Made by a program: the position numbers and the translations under genes. 64,000 nt of DNA, taken from contig NW_019028996.1 in NCBI RefSeq assembly GCF_002105155.1, forward strand, positions 620,001 through 684,000. The letters are read 5' to 3'. The notes under the pieces are model-generated. The model had not been told where the DNA came from. It made no database searches and saw only the letters and a program-made list of their open reading frames with translations. Shown piece by piece: positions 1-12,072 of the stretch (position 1 is its first letter; each line of letters starts with the position of its first letter). This DNA is from Lobosporangium transversale (Eukaryota).

Positions 1-2094
1 GATGCAGACCAGTGGTGGGAGAAACAGGCCGCCAAAGAAGCTGCTGCTGAAAAGGAACGTCTCTACAAGGAGGCAGAAATAGTTGCTGAAAAGGCTTCTC
101 ATATTTCTGACAAGCATAAGCCGTTTTGGTCAAGCCGCTCCAAGTCTGATAAGGACAACGTCGCAGTGCATGCCCACAAGAACGCTTCGACCTACATTTC
201 TAGCGATAGCTATATGGATGGCCTCTTAGATAACAGGGACATTAATAGCCATGCCTCCACCGCTACTAGCCCAAAAGCCGATGAAGCTGACTTGGAGTCC
301 AGAATCGAGCGCGACGCATACATGCTGGTCCATCCACGAGAGCCAGAGTACTGGACCAACGGGGAAGAGGTCGGTACTGCCAATGTTCGCGATGCCAATT
401 ATTACAACTACCCTGGCAGCTTTAATGGCAGTTCTCTAGGCCGTACCTCATGGTGGAGCCGCCAAGGAGCATCTGCTAATGAGCTATCTTCTCTCAAGGA
501 CAAGGCCGAGTCTTTGGTCTGGGAAACTAAGCAGGCTGCCGAAAGGGCCGCCATTGATCTTGCTGATAACCTAGCCCGTGAACAGGCTGCTCTCGAAAGG
601 GCTGCTGCAGACGCTAGACGTCGTGCAGAGGAAGCAGCTCTCCGAGCCAAGGCACAGAGTGATATCCTCCTACGTGAGCGCCAGGCAACGCTCGAGCGAG
701 CTGCCAAAGATATGGAGGCCCGTTTTGCGGCTGAAAAGGCTGCTGCTGAACGTGCAGCTGCAGATGTTAAGGCTAAAGCCGAGGCATGGGAGAATGAGCA
801 ACGAATGCTGGCTGAGAAGGCAGCCAAGGCAGTAGAGGACCGCGTTGCGCAGGAAAAGATGGCTGCGGAGAAGGCTGCAGGCTCACTCAAGGCTCGTGCG
901 GAGGCTTGGGCACGTGAGCAGAAGGAAAGGGCAGAGTTAACAGCCAAGGAAGTTCACAACCGCGTCATCCATGAGACCACCCTGGCAGAGAAGAATGCTC
1001 GTGAAGCCAAAGCCGCCCTCGAGGCCAAAGTCAGGGCCGAGAAGCTCGAGGTTGAGCGCAATACACGCGAACTCGAGGAAAGGATTCGCCTGGGAATGAA
1101 TAAAGAAAAGGCACAAGTAGAAATCCGGGCACGTGAGGAACAACAGGCAAAGGAGCAGAGACTCAAGGATGAAAAGACCACTGCAGCGGAAACAAAGAAG
1201 CGTGCAGAAACTCTGTTGGCAGAAAACAAGCGTGTGGCCGAGCACGATTCCAAGGCCTCTACTTCGTCCGGTTGGAGTTGGCCATGGTCGTCATCCAAGT
1301 CATCCACCTCAAGTTCCTCTAAGCACCACAACGATGAGCATGTACCGGAAACTAGCCAGACTACTAAAGCAGCCTCGAGTGAGGCCAATGCCGAACGTCG
1401 CTCGTGGTGGTCCCCTGGTTCGTCATCATCCTCCAGTGCCGCGGACAGAGCTAGCGAAGTTGGAATCAACGTTGAGGCTGCCGCTAAGAAGGCTGAAAGA
1501 GATGTCAAAGTCCGCGCCTCAGAGACAGGCAAAAAAATGAATGAGACTGCTAAAAAGGCGTATGACAATGTCATCGATGCTGCCACGCCTGGCCGCGAGC
1601 AAATGTCTTCTACTCACACCGCAGCACATGGTCATGAACATGGTGGCTACAGCGAGAACGTACGCACGAATGCCAATGAGCATGGTCTTGTGGATCATAT
1701 CCGTGAAGACCTGCGTCAGACCAAAGAAGACATCCAATACGGCGTTGAACACCTGAAGGAGGCTGTCTTTGGTGGCAGTACAGAACGTACGGGCCAAAAG
1801 GCGGCTGAAGAAGGCAAGAAGTGGTGGAACACAAAGTCCGAACAAATGGATGCCAAGGCCAAGGATACAAAGGCTCAAGTGAACGAAGCAGTGTCAGAGA
1901 GCAAGGGCTGGTGGAATGCACGGGCCAAAGGCGCAGAGAAGAAGTTGGACCATATAGAGAGCGAGGTCCACCAGGGCCTGAACAAAGCGGGAGAGAAGCT
2001 GCGCGAGATGGATCGTGAAGCAGTCGACTCTGAAGCGGAATTCTGGCGCAGACGTGAACAGCAGGAACGCCGCGAGTCTGGCCGTGCTATGTAA
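1..2094 (+). CDS. Hydrophilic Ala/Glu/Lys-rich coiled-coil / LEA-like protein (5'-partial)
   Basis: Frame 1 is open from base 1 to TAA at 2094. Long AEKAA/ERAA helical repeats and recurring Trp-Trp motifs (DQWWEK, SWWSR, KKWWNT, KGWWNA). No catalytic motif recognised. Confidence 0.7.
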   Translation, partial: DADQWWEKQAAKEAAAEKERLYKEAEIVAEKASHISDKHKPFWSSRSKSDKDNVAVHAHKNASTYISSDSYMDGLLDNRDINSHASTATSPKADEADLESRIERDAYMLVHPREPEYWTNGEEVGTANVRDANYYNYPGSFNGSSLGRTSWWSRQGASANELSSLKDKAESLVWETKQAAERAAIDLADNLAREQAALERAAADARRRAEEAALRAKAQSDILLRERQATLERAAKDMEARFAAEKAAAERAAADVKAKAEAWENEQRMLAEKAAKAVEDRVAQEKMAAEKAAGSLKARAEAWAREQKERAELTAKEVHNRVIHETTLAEKNAREAKAALEAKVRAEKLEVERNTRELEERIRLGMNKEKAQVEIRAREEQQAKEQRLKDEKTTAAETKKRAETLLAENKRVAEHDSKASTSSGWSWPWSSSKSSTSSSSKHHNDEHVPETSQTTKAASSEANAERRSWWSPGSSSSSSAADRASEVGINVEAAAKKAERDVKVRASETGKKMNETAKKAYDNVIDAATPGREQMSSTHTAAHGHEHGGYSENVRTNANEHGLVDHIREDLRQTKEDIQYGVEHLKEAVFGGSTERTGQKAAEEGKKWWNTKSEQMDAKAKDTKAQVNEAVSESKGWWNARAKGAEKKLDHIESEVHQGLNKAGEKLREMDREAVDSEAEFWRRREQQERRESGRAM

Positions 2095-2661
2095 TAAAAA
2101 TAAAATAAAATAAAAAAATAAAGACAAACGAAGAAGAATAATAAATTAATAAATTAAAAAAAAAAATGAAAAAGAGCAATTTGCAGAAAAAACTTGCCTC
2201 TCCTTGAAACGTTGGGCGTTACTTCATGCAGAATAACCACAACACTTGTCGACAATTCAAGGCTATTTCAACGGCATGAACTGTGGTGATATTTTTTTCT
2301 GGACGAGAGGCATTGTAAGTGTGGATAACCAACAAATGCAAGCGAGATGATACGCAACAACTCCTTTTGTTTCGCGCTCAAGAATGTTTGCAACAACACA
2401 AACAAGGCCACATTTGCTTACCTCCAATTAACCAAATTTCCATTTCTCATAACTACGCATTTTTATTTTTACTGTTTATTTTTAATTTTTAATTTTATCC
2501 TTTTTACTTCCTTTTGGATCCACAGCAATCAAAAAAGGTTATCAGTGACAAATAGATCGTGTATAAAAAGATCCACAAACATTCTACTTTTCTCTTTATT
2601 TTTTATCCTTCTATTATTCAATAGCACTTGACACCAATCGAAATACAAATATTTGTACCAA

Positions 2662-3481
2662 ATGTCCGACGAGAAGCGAAGACGCGACTTTACCTTACGA
2701 GGTCCGAATAGTGAGGAATTTAAGCAGGGCACTTGTAGCTTTGAGGTCAAGCAATTCTTTTTTTTTTTTTTCTTTCTAGTTTAATATGAAAACATCAATG
2801 TCATGATCGCATACAGGAATTAACGGTTGTTTTATTTCAACTGATTTACAGGTTGATGGGCAGTTTATTAAAACCGAGAGTTTTGATGACTTTTACATAA
2901 ATCTTGAGCAAGTCGCTCTTTCCTTGGGCCCGAGGCCGCCTTCATGCTCAAGATCCATTTCCACTATTAAAGGCAGGACCAAGAAGGTGTGTGCTAATAA
3001 AAGGAAAGAAAAAGCGCTTTCAAAATTCGTAATTTAACCACATTATGGCGGCTCTTTCGGAAACACTGTTTGTAGGTATCGCCCACTATGCAGAATGAAC
3101 GAGGTGAAAGGTTCTTTGAGGCAAGGATAGCTACTGGGGACCATAATATTAATCGAATATATCTATACCCATGATCAAATCAGTTTTCTTTATGCCTTGG
3201 GTAGGTAAAATAATCCTAATCGAATTCTTTACCGACTCACCTTGTGTAAATAGCTCGGTCCAAAGAGAAGGCTCACGGTCCACAAATGGCAGAATCAGAC
3301 CCTGGTAGACATTCGTGAGCACTTTTACAGTAAGGAGGGGATAGCCAAGCCCGGCAGAAAGGGTATTTCATTGACCATTGATCAGTTCAAGTGCATCCTT
3401 GACCATGAGTTCGAGATCAAGAGAGCGATCAAGTCGATGGAAAGGCGGAAACGACAGCGTCTTTGTCTGGGCAAAGCATGA
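2662..3481 (+). CDS. SUB1: PC4/Sub1-family ssDNA-binding transcriptional coactivator (4 exons; not in ORF track)
   Basis: Exons 2662-2745, 2852-~2986, 3076-3120, 3254-3481 splice to ...FFELGPKRRLTVHKWQNQTLVDIREHFYSKEGIAKPGRKGISLTIDQF..., the PC4 domain signature. Intron 3 appears to use a GC donor. Confidence 0.85.
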
Positions 3482-3715
3482 AAGATTTGATGGACATTAT
3501 GAATACTTTATTTCCTCATCCCCTCCCTTCTCTCCCTTCTTGTCCCTTTCATACTCATGTAGATGTGTTTATATTTATTATTAATATTACCATAAGCAAT
3601 ACGGAAAGAAAGACATGAATTTGTTGCATTATTTTGTGATCTTTATGTTATAGAGTTTTGGTGTGATGTTTCTTTATACTCCCTTCCTCTACTAGTGGGC
3701 CCGTTGTTTGTTGAG

Positions 3716-4624
3716 CTAGTTGATCTTGGTAGCCTTGAAGCGAAGGCGGACATACATGATATGCCATACGCCTTCATCCTGCGAAAAAGTTAGGTTATTT
3801 TGTACCTCCTGAGCAATGGCCTTCTTCTCTTCCTCATTGTTCTCAAATGGTTTCATGAACATAAATCCAAAAGTATCAATCCAACCCGCCACATCGGTCG
3901 ACAAAGGGGTCAAGCGAGGGATCAACTCGATATAGTCAACACGGAACCCACTTTCTTCCAACATGCGTTTGTATGTGTTGACACCAGGGAAGAACCATGG
4001 ATCATACTGTTCTGGATTATTAATCCCACGCTTCTTCAATGCAGCATGGAGGCCTCCACGGACTTCCGCTACGTTCATGTGGCCACCCATCTCGGCTACA
4101 AAGCGGCCCCCAGTTTTGAGAGACTTGTTAACGCCTTGGATAACTCGTACTGGATCTTTCTTCATCCAATGTAAAGCTAAAAAGTCATAGATCCCCGAAC
4201 AAAAATGTGTTACTATAGCGTCTTTTTTTTATTTTATAAGTGTATATATTATATATACTGTACCTGCATTGGAAAAGACAGCATCAAAGTCTCCGTTTGC
4301 CAGCGCATTATCAACAAGGTCGTGTCCATCTACCACTCGCGCGTCCTGGCATCCAATAATGGCAGCGGCTCTGATCATGTCAGAGCTTGAATCGATTGCT
4401 ACGACCGATTTACATTTCTTCTCAAGCTCGATAGTCAAGACACCATCTCCGGCACCCAAGTCAAGGATTCGTTCGTGAGCCTGAGGATCCAAGAGTTTGA
4501 CGACAGGAGCACCGAGCACGGGCACAAATGATGCATTCTTGACATACTTTTGAGAAGACCATGTGTCGTCTTGCTCCTTGTTGTCGATAGTAGGGCTAGA
4601 TATGGGAGAAATATCGTTAGTCAT
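3716..4624 (-). CDS. Class I SAM-dependent methyltransferase (Tam-like), 2 exons
   Basis: Motif I ILDLGAGDG. FDAVFSNA|ALHWM is joined across a GT-AG intron. Also GGRFVAEMGG and C-terminal YVRLRFKA. Confidence 0.88.
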
Positions 4625-4938
4625 GATATAGATTGTTGTTTCTTTTGTGTTTGTGTCTGTGGATTGTAGTGCGTCGTGAAAAATGTGGATGTGATCTGTG
4701 TGTAAGCTTCCTCTCCTTTTTATATCTTCTGAGGCAACCACTTGGAACACATGAGTCAAGTCTGTCAAAAAAAAAAAAAAAAACTTAAAAAACTTAAAAA
4801 ACGCGTAACAACATGACAGATACAGCAGCGCAGCCATGCATATTTAGAGCTGATATCCAAATGTTTGGACGCAAGCCTAGATTCATTAAATTGTTTATTT
4901 ATTTTACAGGCATACTTTTCCTTCATTTTTTACCAGAT

Positions 4939-4970
4939 GTCAGATAGTCAGATAGTCAGATAGTCAGATA
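4939..4970. repeat. Tandem repeat (GTCAGATA)x4
   Basis: Four perfect 8-bp units in the divergent intergenic region between the methyltransferase and the PLP lyase. Confidence 0.9.
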
Positions 4971-5962
4971 GACATTTATGGGTCACTGCACCAATGAGCC
5001 TGCTCCATGTTTACTTTATTTATTTATTTTCGTCTGGCTGATTGAATTGGCTGATGTTATAGCGAAGCTCATGTATCATGAGAAGCCTGTCAGCAAATCG
5101 TAGTTTGGATATGGCAGACGACCATCATTAAGGGAAAGTGAGGAGGATTTAACGAGAAGTGATCCTGCTATGGTTATGGTAGAAGGACCAATGAATGATT
5201 CAAATCCTTTCCAAAACCTGCTACTTCAGGAGCAGCTAATCCATCTCAGATTGTTACAAGTGCTGTATAGGATGCCAAAAAAAAAGGATAAAAGAAAAAG
5301 GGGGACAGAGATCTTGTGGAAGCTGTTGTATCTCTATGTGCTGTGGTAAGAGGTGTGAGAAACGTTCTGTTACAACCCAATCAATTCATAATATGCTTGC
5401 GCCATCTATCCTTCTGATGCACTCGATATCCGTTCAAATAGCTCATTCATCTATCTATCAGTACGATCAACTGTGTCAACACTACAAGTGCAACTTTCAA
5501 GAAGAGATCCAAGGTGTTGCTGGGCATAGACAAGCAATTATAAACGATGCAGAAGGCTAATGGCTAATAGGCGATGTTGAGATAATGTGGTTGATCGATC
5601 AGAGCGTGGGAAGTTTTTTCGTGGTGACTCTTTTGTTACTGGATTAAAAAATAGAGACGCCGTCTGGCTTGATTTGTATGGCATGTTTTCATGAGGACAG
5701 CGCAGCAATTTGTTTAAATGGTTTAAAGTCGACAAGAAAAAGCGGTTTTTGGTGACAAAACAAATGACAGATAATGCAGAGAAGGTCATGGTTGTTCACG
5801 ATCTTGGTCTTATTATTCAACTGAATGATTGCCTTTAGTGTTTAGCGGAGGGATTGAAATCTGTCCTGGATCTATAAATTTATAAATTTAACGCCCCTTT
5901 CTCAATTGCTTTTACTCTTGCTCCTCATTCCTTTTGACATTACATTGCGTTGCCAATCAATC

Positions 5963-7519
5963 ATGACTCAATCTTCACCTGAATTGCCTACACCTGGCGC
6001 CCCTGGCCCTTTTGGCCATAAGCTACGCAAGAGCTTTCTCTTTCCTGAGAACTTTACTCAATTCAATCATGGTTCCTTTGGTATGTGTATTAGCATACGT
6101 TGCAATTGAACATAAGAAATGCCTTATTGATCGATAAAAATGTCACATGTTATTTTTATTTTAGGAACATTCCCAAAGGTTGTTCAGGATGCAATGATTG
6201 CTTATCATCAACATGCAGAGAAGGATCCAGGTACGACAAGCATAGCAAGCATATGTCAATTGATTATTATTATTATTTTTCCCACGATACTGCATTTTCC
6301 CATAGTAAAAACAAACATCATAAAAAAACTATAGATCGTTGGATGCGTCGAGAGCTGAAACCTGCGTTGACAAAGATCCGTGAAGAGCTTGCAGAGTTGA
6401 TTCACTGTGACAAAGATGACTTGGCCTTGGTGACGAACACTACTGCTGGCGTTAACACCATCTTGCGCTCGCTTCAATTTCAACCCGGTGATAGGATCCT
6501 ACAACTCTCGACTGGATATATCTCAGTTGAGAAGACTGTTCGTTATATTTCAGATTCTCATGATGATGTCAAGGTCATTGATGTGCCTATCACCTTCCCA
6601 CTCACTGGTCAGGAAATTCTTCATAAAGTTGAGCAGGCCATCCTGGCTCATAAACAGTTAAACGATGGATCAAGGATCCGTTTAGCTATGGTGGATTGGA
6701 TCTCGAGCGTACCCTCTATTTTGCATCCTGTTAAACCTTTAGTCGAATTGTTGCAGAGTCATGGTATTTTGGTCTTTGTCGACGGCGCTCACTCGATTGG
6801 GCAGGTTCATGTCGATCTGAATGATCTTCACCCAGATTTCTATATTACCAACTGTCACAAGGTAAAGAAAAAAATTGTACTTATTCCAAAGTTTGTTCTG
6901 TCAAGATTTAAATGATGTCTCATTCCATGTTTGCACCGCTCTTTTCATATCTCTCTTTTCTTCATATTGTCTGAAAATCAATTTGCCATAATAGTGGCTC
7001 TTCAGTGTCAGAGGGTCTGCTGTCTTATATGTCCCCAGGCGCCATCAACATTTGATCCACCCAACATCTATCACAGCTGATTACAAGACTGGTTTCGAGG
7101 CCGAATTCTCTTGGGCAGGTACTCAGGATTACTCATCACTCATGTCAATTAGCTCCGCCATTGCCTTTCGTAAGCAATTTGGCGAAGATGCCATCATTGG
7201 ATACACGCATGCATTGGCCATCCAGGGAGGCAAGATCGTTGCTGATATCCTCGGCTCCAATAGTCTCACTCCTGATGACCATCAGGTCGCCAATATGGTT
7301 AACATCCGTTTGCCACTTAATAATGTCGATCATCCCAAGGCCACGGTCCAGTATTTTATGGACACTCTCATGGACCGTTATAACATCTACACTCCTACTT
7401 TCAAACATGGTGGTCAATGGTGGACCCGTGTCTCCGCTCAGATTTACCTAGAACTCGATGATTTTGTTCGTCTGGGTAATATTTGGAAAGAGGTCATTGA
7501 CGAGCTGAATACAGAGTGA
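5963..7519 (+). CDS. PLP-dependent class V aminotransferase-fold C-S lyase (Egt2 / L-cysteine desulfhydrase / isopenicillin-N epimerase-like), multi-exon
   Basis: FNHGSFG|TFP, LVTNTTAGVNTIL, VDGAHSIG, PLP lysine in TNCHK|WL (split by intron), GTQDYS, RVSAQIYLE. Confidence 0.88.
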
Positions 7520-7623
7520 TCGATCCATTAGTCTTATACTGTTATTTGTGTTAGTAAATCTTTAAAAAAAAAAAATAAAAAATATAAATAAAAAAAATTT
7601 TATTTAAAGTAAAATAAGTTTTG

Positions 7624-10600
7624 TTAATATATCCGCTCCATGATGGATTCGAGTGAAATGCGTTCATCTGCATTGACATTCATCATGTCGTGCAAAAGTC
7701 GTGTGATCGATCCAGAGGGATCTAATATCTGACTCTTCTCATAAGGTGTATTGGTATCCAATACACTATCCAATGATAGTCCTGCCTGAACATTGATAGT
7801 TTCTTGCGATACAAATGCTGATGACGCAGGAGGATATGGTACCCTAAAATTGCGAGCTGTCCATGGACTTTGATTATTCCATCCACCGATCAAGGCCCAG
7901 GCATCCGATTCTGTCTGGAAAAGGGGCCGGCCACCTGTGAGGATCTCATAATACACGCATCCTAGCGACCAGGTATCCATGACTGCCTCCGCAGGAAATG
8001 TTGTATCGCCTGCACGCCATGCTTCCAACAATTCAGGCGCGGTGTAAGCTGCCGGAAGTGGGTTTCCGCCGATACGGTCCATGCGCTGCTCTAGCTGCTG
8101 CTGTTCCAAATATGGGTATGCTTCAGACTTGAGATGATTAGGTGGTGGTTGGACAGGCATCGGTAATAACTCAGGATCATTGCCTCCTCCTCCTACCGCT
8201 CCAATAGGCTCTCCAATGAAACGAGCACATGTAAAGTCCCAGAGTTTCCAGGGTGCATCCTCCGCCTTTGGATCGATGCCATCCTCTATAAAGAAGCTTC
8301 CAGGTTGAATATTTAGGTGTACGACTCCATGGCGGTGGCACCAATCCACTGCAGCAGAAATGGATCGCAGAATTGCACGAGCGTGCTGTGCTGTCTTCAC
8401 AGGGCCCAGATCAGAGAGCAGACTACTGCATCCGCCCATTGCGTTGATAAACGGATAAGTATTAGCTCGGTTCTGAAGTGCAGGGATACAATAGGACTCC
8501 AAAAGTTCCATGACAAATATCGGGCTCTTTAAATGCTTCAACAAAGCTGCCTCGCGCTTCCAATGAATCTCAGTCATGTACCACTTTAATGTTGCGGCTT
8601 CGAAAGTGTGTTGATTCTCTGCATCTGTCAAGAGCATTGAGCTACCTTCTGCTAACTCTCGTAGTGGGGTTAATGGTCGCGTAGAAGGGGATGGAGAGGG
8701 TGATCGTCCACGTTCGCGTTCAAATTCCAGTCGGCTTCTACGTACCACCACTGTTCCTGAGCGTGCCAGTGCTTGAGAGTCGCCGCCCTGGGCTTTGATC
8801 GACCGTGCGCTTCTGGGGAGTGATACAACATGATATGTTCCAAGAACTAAGCGCCCTGTCGGCCCGTGTGGACTAATCAGATGCGCATCCTGGATTTCAT
8901 AACGAATAACCTGTAGTTGAATCTTTTCCTCGAAACGCTTGCCGCTTTTTCCATTTCTTCTGGCGAAATTGGACGTTGTGGAGCTAACAGAGACAGAATG
9001 GGCCAAGCCTTGAGGCGTATGCATATCATAGCGATGGTGCTTAAGAGCAGCCTCAACAGGGATAGTTTCATCTAGATGCGACTGCGAGCTGGCCATGGAA
9101 CTGTGTTGATTGGCGTTAATGATACTATTCGTATTTTTTGACTGGGTCTCTCGATTGCCTGGCCGTATTCCGTACCCCAAGCGCTGTAGATCATTCTCCA
9201 ATAGATGTGGCACCTCCGGTAGACTACGGTCATTGTGATACAATCCCAAGGGCACCATGGTCTCATCAGTCTTGATAGGAAAAAGGTTCTTTTGCTTGTA
9301 CTTAGTCTTTTTGTTACGGTACACAAGAAAGCCTATGATGATAGCTACGAGCGCTAAAAACCCCAAAACGGATCCAAGAATGATAGGTAGCTTGGTGCTG
9401 TTATGTTCATCTGCATTGGGATCCAATCCCTGCGATGGTATTGTTACAGATGGTGAAGGGGGAATAGGCGCTCCCGAAACAGGCGGTAATGCCGGTCGTC
9501 CAATGATAGAAATGGTTGGACCTGATGGGCTGAGCTGCGATATTTCTGATTCCTTAACAATAAACATGTTGTTCTGTAACGTATTGGAGTCAATTGGAAT
9601 AGATTTGTTGAATATCTTGCTGTCAGACATATAGTATGATACAAGCGTGTTGTCTGTGCTTCCAGATCCAACCTACAATAAAAGTTGTGATTGCAAATTA
9701 ATAGGCGTAAGGATAACAGAGGATGAATAGGGAAATGAGCAGTACAAAGGGGATAGGATGAGAACAGATGTTTTATCCAAGAATTACCATAGGTCCAAGC
9801 AGAGCCACGCCATTGGAGCCAGCCAGGGGCACAAGGACCTGCCCAGATGATACAGTGAAGTGAGATTGGTCCATTTTGCTGTTAAGATTTACTTTGAGAA
9901 GCTGCGACTGTGCCTTGCTGTCAGAGTAGTAAAACCAAACAAAGGATGCTCCAGATCCTGAAGAGATAGTCATGCTGATAATCCTTTTTGAATCTGGAAT
10001 ACCCAGCCTGAAGGCAATAAATATATGAAAAAAAAAAAAAAAAAAAAACTTCTCAGTAACAGTTGAGACATACAGTGTATTAAGGATATTTTTTTTAATT
10101 AGTCCCGAAATAAATAGCATTTTATCATTTCGACATACTCTGACAACGAAGCAAGGCCGATCGTATTCGTTGATCTAACGTCCCACTTTCGTACGTTGTT
10201 GTCTCCATTGACAGTAGCGAGTATCATAGAGGAAGTTGCATCGTAGCCAAGGGCTAAAATGGGGTATCGAAACTCGGCGACATCGAGCTGCGATATCTTC
10301 CCTCCTGCCCAATCATGCCATGTACTAGAGCCATTAGTATTAATAGAGAGATATCCCATATGACTGTCAGCGACATAATAGATGGTCGTAGGGTTGATGA
10401 CGATGCATTTTCCACCATTAAAATGTTCGTTGATATCAAATGCTTCGGCTGGTTTGAACGCAGGCAGCTGAGGTTCTGATCCAACTATTTTAACAAATGT
10501 CAATTTGCCTTTGTCGGCTCCTACAATCCAGGCTTCATCATTAGAGCCTGAGCATACTGTGGCAGAACTGAATAAAAGAGGTTGCTGAACAGGTCCAGGC

Positions 10601-10749
10601 GATATTGGGGGTGGTGCAGGGACAGCATTTACCACAAAGACGAAACATAAAGATATTTGAATAACCGCCAGTAATGATAATAATGGTGGTTGTGGTTGTG
10701 ATTGTGCCTGTGGCCGTAGTTGTAAGTGCTGCCGTAGTGGTAGTGTCAT
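7624..10749 (-). CDS. Single-pass transmembrane receptor-like (pseudo)kinase, ~959 aa, 3 exons
   Basis: Exons 10749-10139, 10007-9788, 9672-7624 join in frame via GT-AG. Architecture: signal peptide (LLSLLAVIQISLCFVFVVNA), beta-rich ectodomain, Pro/Ser stalk, TM (LPIILGSVLGFLALVAIIIGFLVY-RNKK), kinase fold (ATLK, HLNIQPG, DFT, YTAPE, DTWSLGCVYYEILTG). Confidence 0.8.
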
Positions 10750-12072
10750 GATTCTAAGCTATTAGTTTGGTATATTGACGAAGGATATGGATACAGTAGC
10801 CAAGAAGCTTTCGTCGGGGCTGTTCTTGTTTGTTGAAAGAGATGAAAAAGAAAGAGGAAAGAGAATACAATCTAAGGACAGACAAACAGACATATAATAA
10901 TGATGAGCGATAGCAACAATAATAAATGGGCAAATAAAGAAGTGATGGCGGTAATAGAGGTAATGGAAGGATGAAGAGGAAGGAGGATGATCAAAAATAG
11001 AAGAAAAAGAGGCGATGAGAGTAGAGAGTAGACTGACAAACACAACAAATATGCACACAAAGATAGACAACACTCAGCCCACAAAAATTCCATGTGGCAA
11101 TGCGATTAAAACAACACCAGTCACTTCTGGGCTACACCTAAAATCGTAAGCCAATCATTGTTTGGGTACCATTTGAATACCAAGTATTTGGGTATAAACA
11201 TGCCAGGAAAAGGTTAAGCGTGCACAGAGTATATACATGGTTTGTTAAATGCAGAACAACTCAGTATATGGCAACTTACTAACAGGCGAAAGGGCTCCAG
11301 ACTGTCGAGGGCGGCACATCATTCTGAGTCACCATAGCTCAACAACTTGTTGGTTGTGCCGAATAGTGAAGATATCTCTACCTCAATGCTAATATTGCTA
11401 GATTACCAGAGTTGACTGAAGGGGTATGGAGGCCTCTAAAGCTGTAGGTGGGGCCGCATAGGACTTAGGACTGATAGTGGTGGTTTTATTTTTAGTCATG
11501 TGGAGAGGGTTCGCCGCCAACTATTTAAGGAGCAACAGCCCAGGAAAATCTGGCTCCATTTGAGTACTGACTGTTCTCGTTCAGTCTTTGAGTAGTGTGT
11601 TGTTCTTTTATTGTGTTAGAGAGTTATTGCATCTATCTTTACCTGGAAGTGACCGGCTTCACAACCCACCAACAAATTTCCTTTCATACACCCCTAAAAT
11701 TTCCAACAATAGTAATGGAGGTATGACGCAATGTCCATTTAGTTAGCGGCGGCAATCAATAAAAGCTTCTTTTCGCATAGTTCAATCATCGCTTCTTGCT
11801 CAGTCTATATCTGAGTGGTGAAGACTTTGGCTACGATATGATTAGCAAATAAGAGTGAACATTTGCCGCCGATCTACGTCCCACAGTGCCGCTTTTAACA
11901 TGGAGAGCATTAGCGAATCACTTTATTTTTATTGAAACTCTCTTAGGCCAAGAAAACATGGACCTTATTAGGTGGAGTCATGAGTTAAAAAAAGACTTTT
12001 GGGTAAATAGGATGGGTGGACTTTGACAATAATCCATCCATCCATATACGCGATATCCCATCAACTAAATGA

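Noticed and set aside
408..1586. Long antisense ORFs over coding genes (also over the Leu fusion, ILV2, ILV5 and the E2 gene)
   Set aside because: Shadow frames arising from codon bias of the real genes.
3716..4624. Methyltransferase as a 3-isopropylmalate methyltransferase (yeast Tmt1-like) belonging to the BCAA cluster
   Set aside because: It is 18 kb away with unrelated genes between, and no substrate evidence can be read from the sequence.
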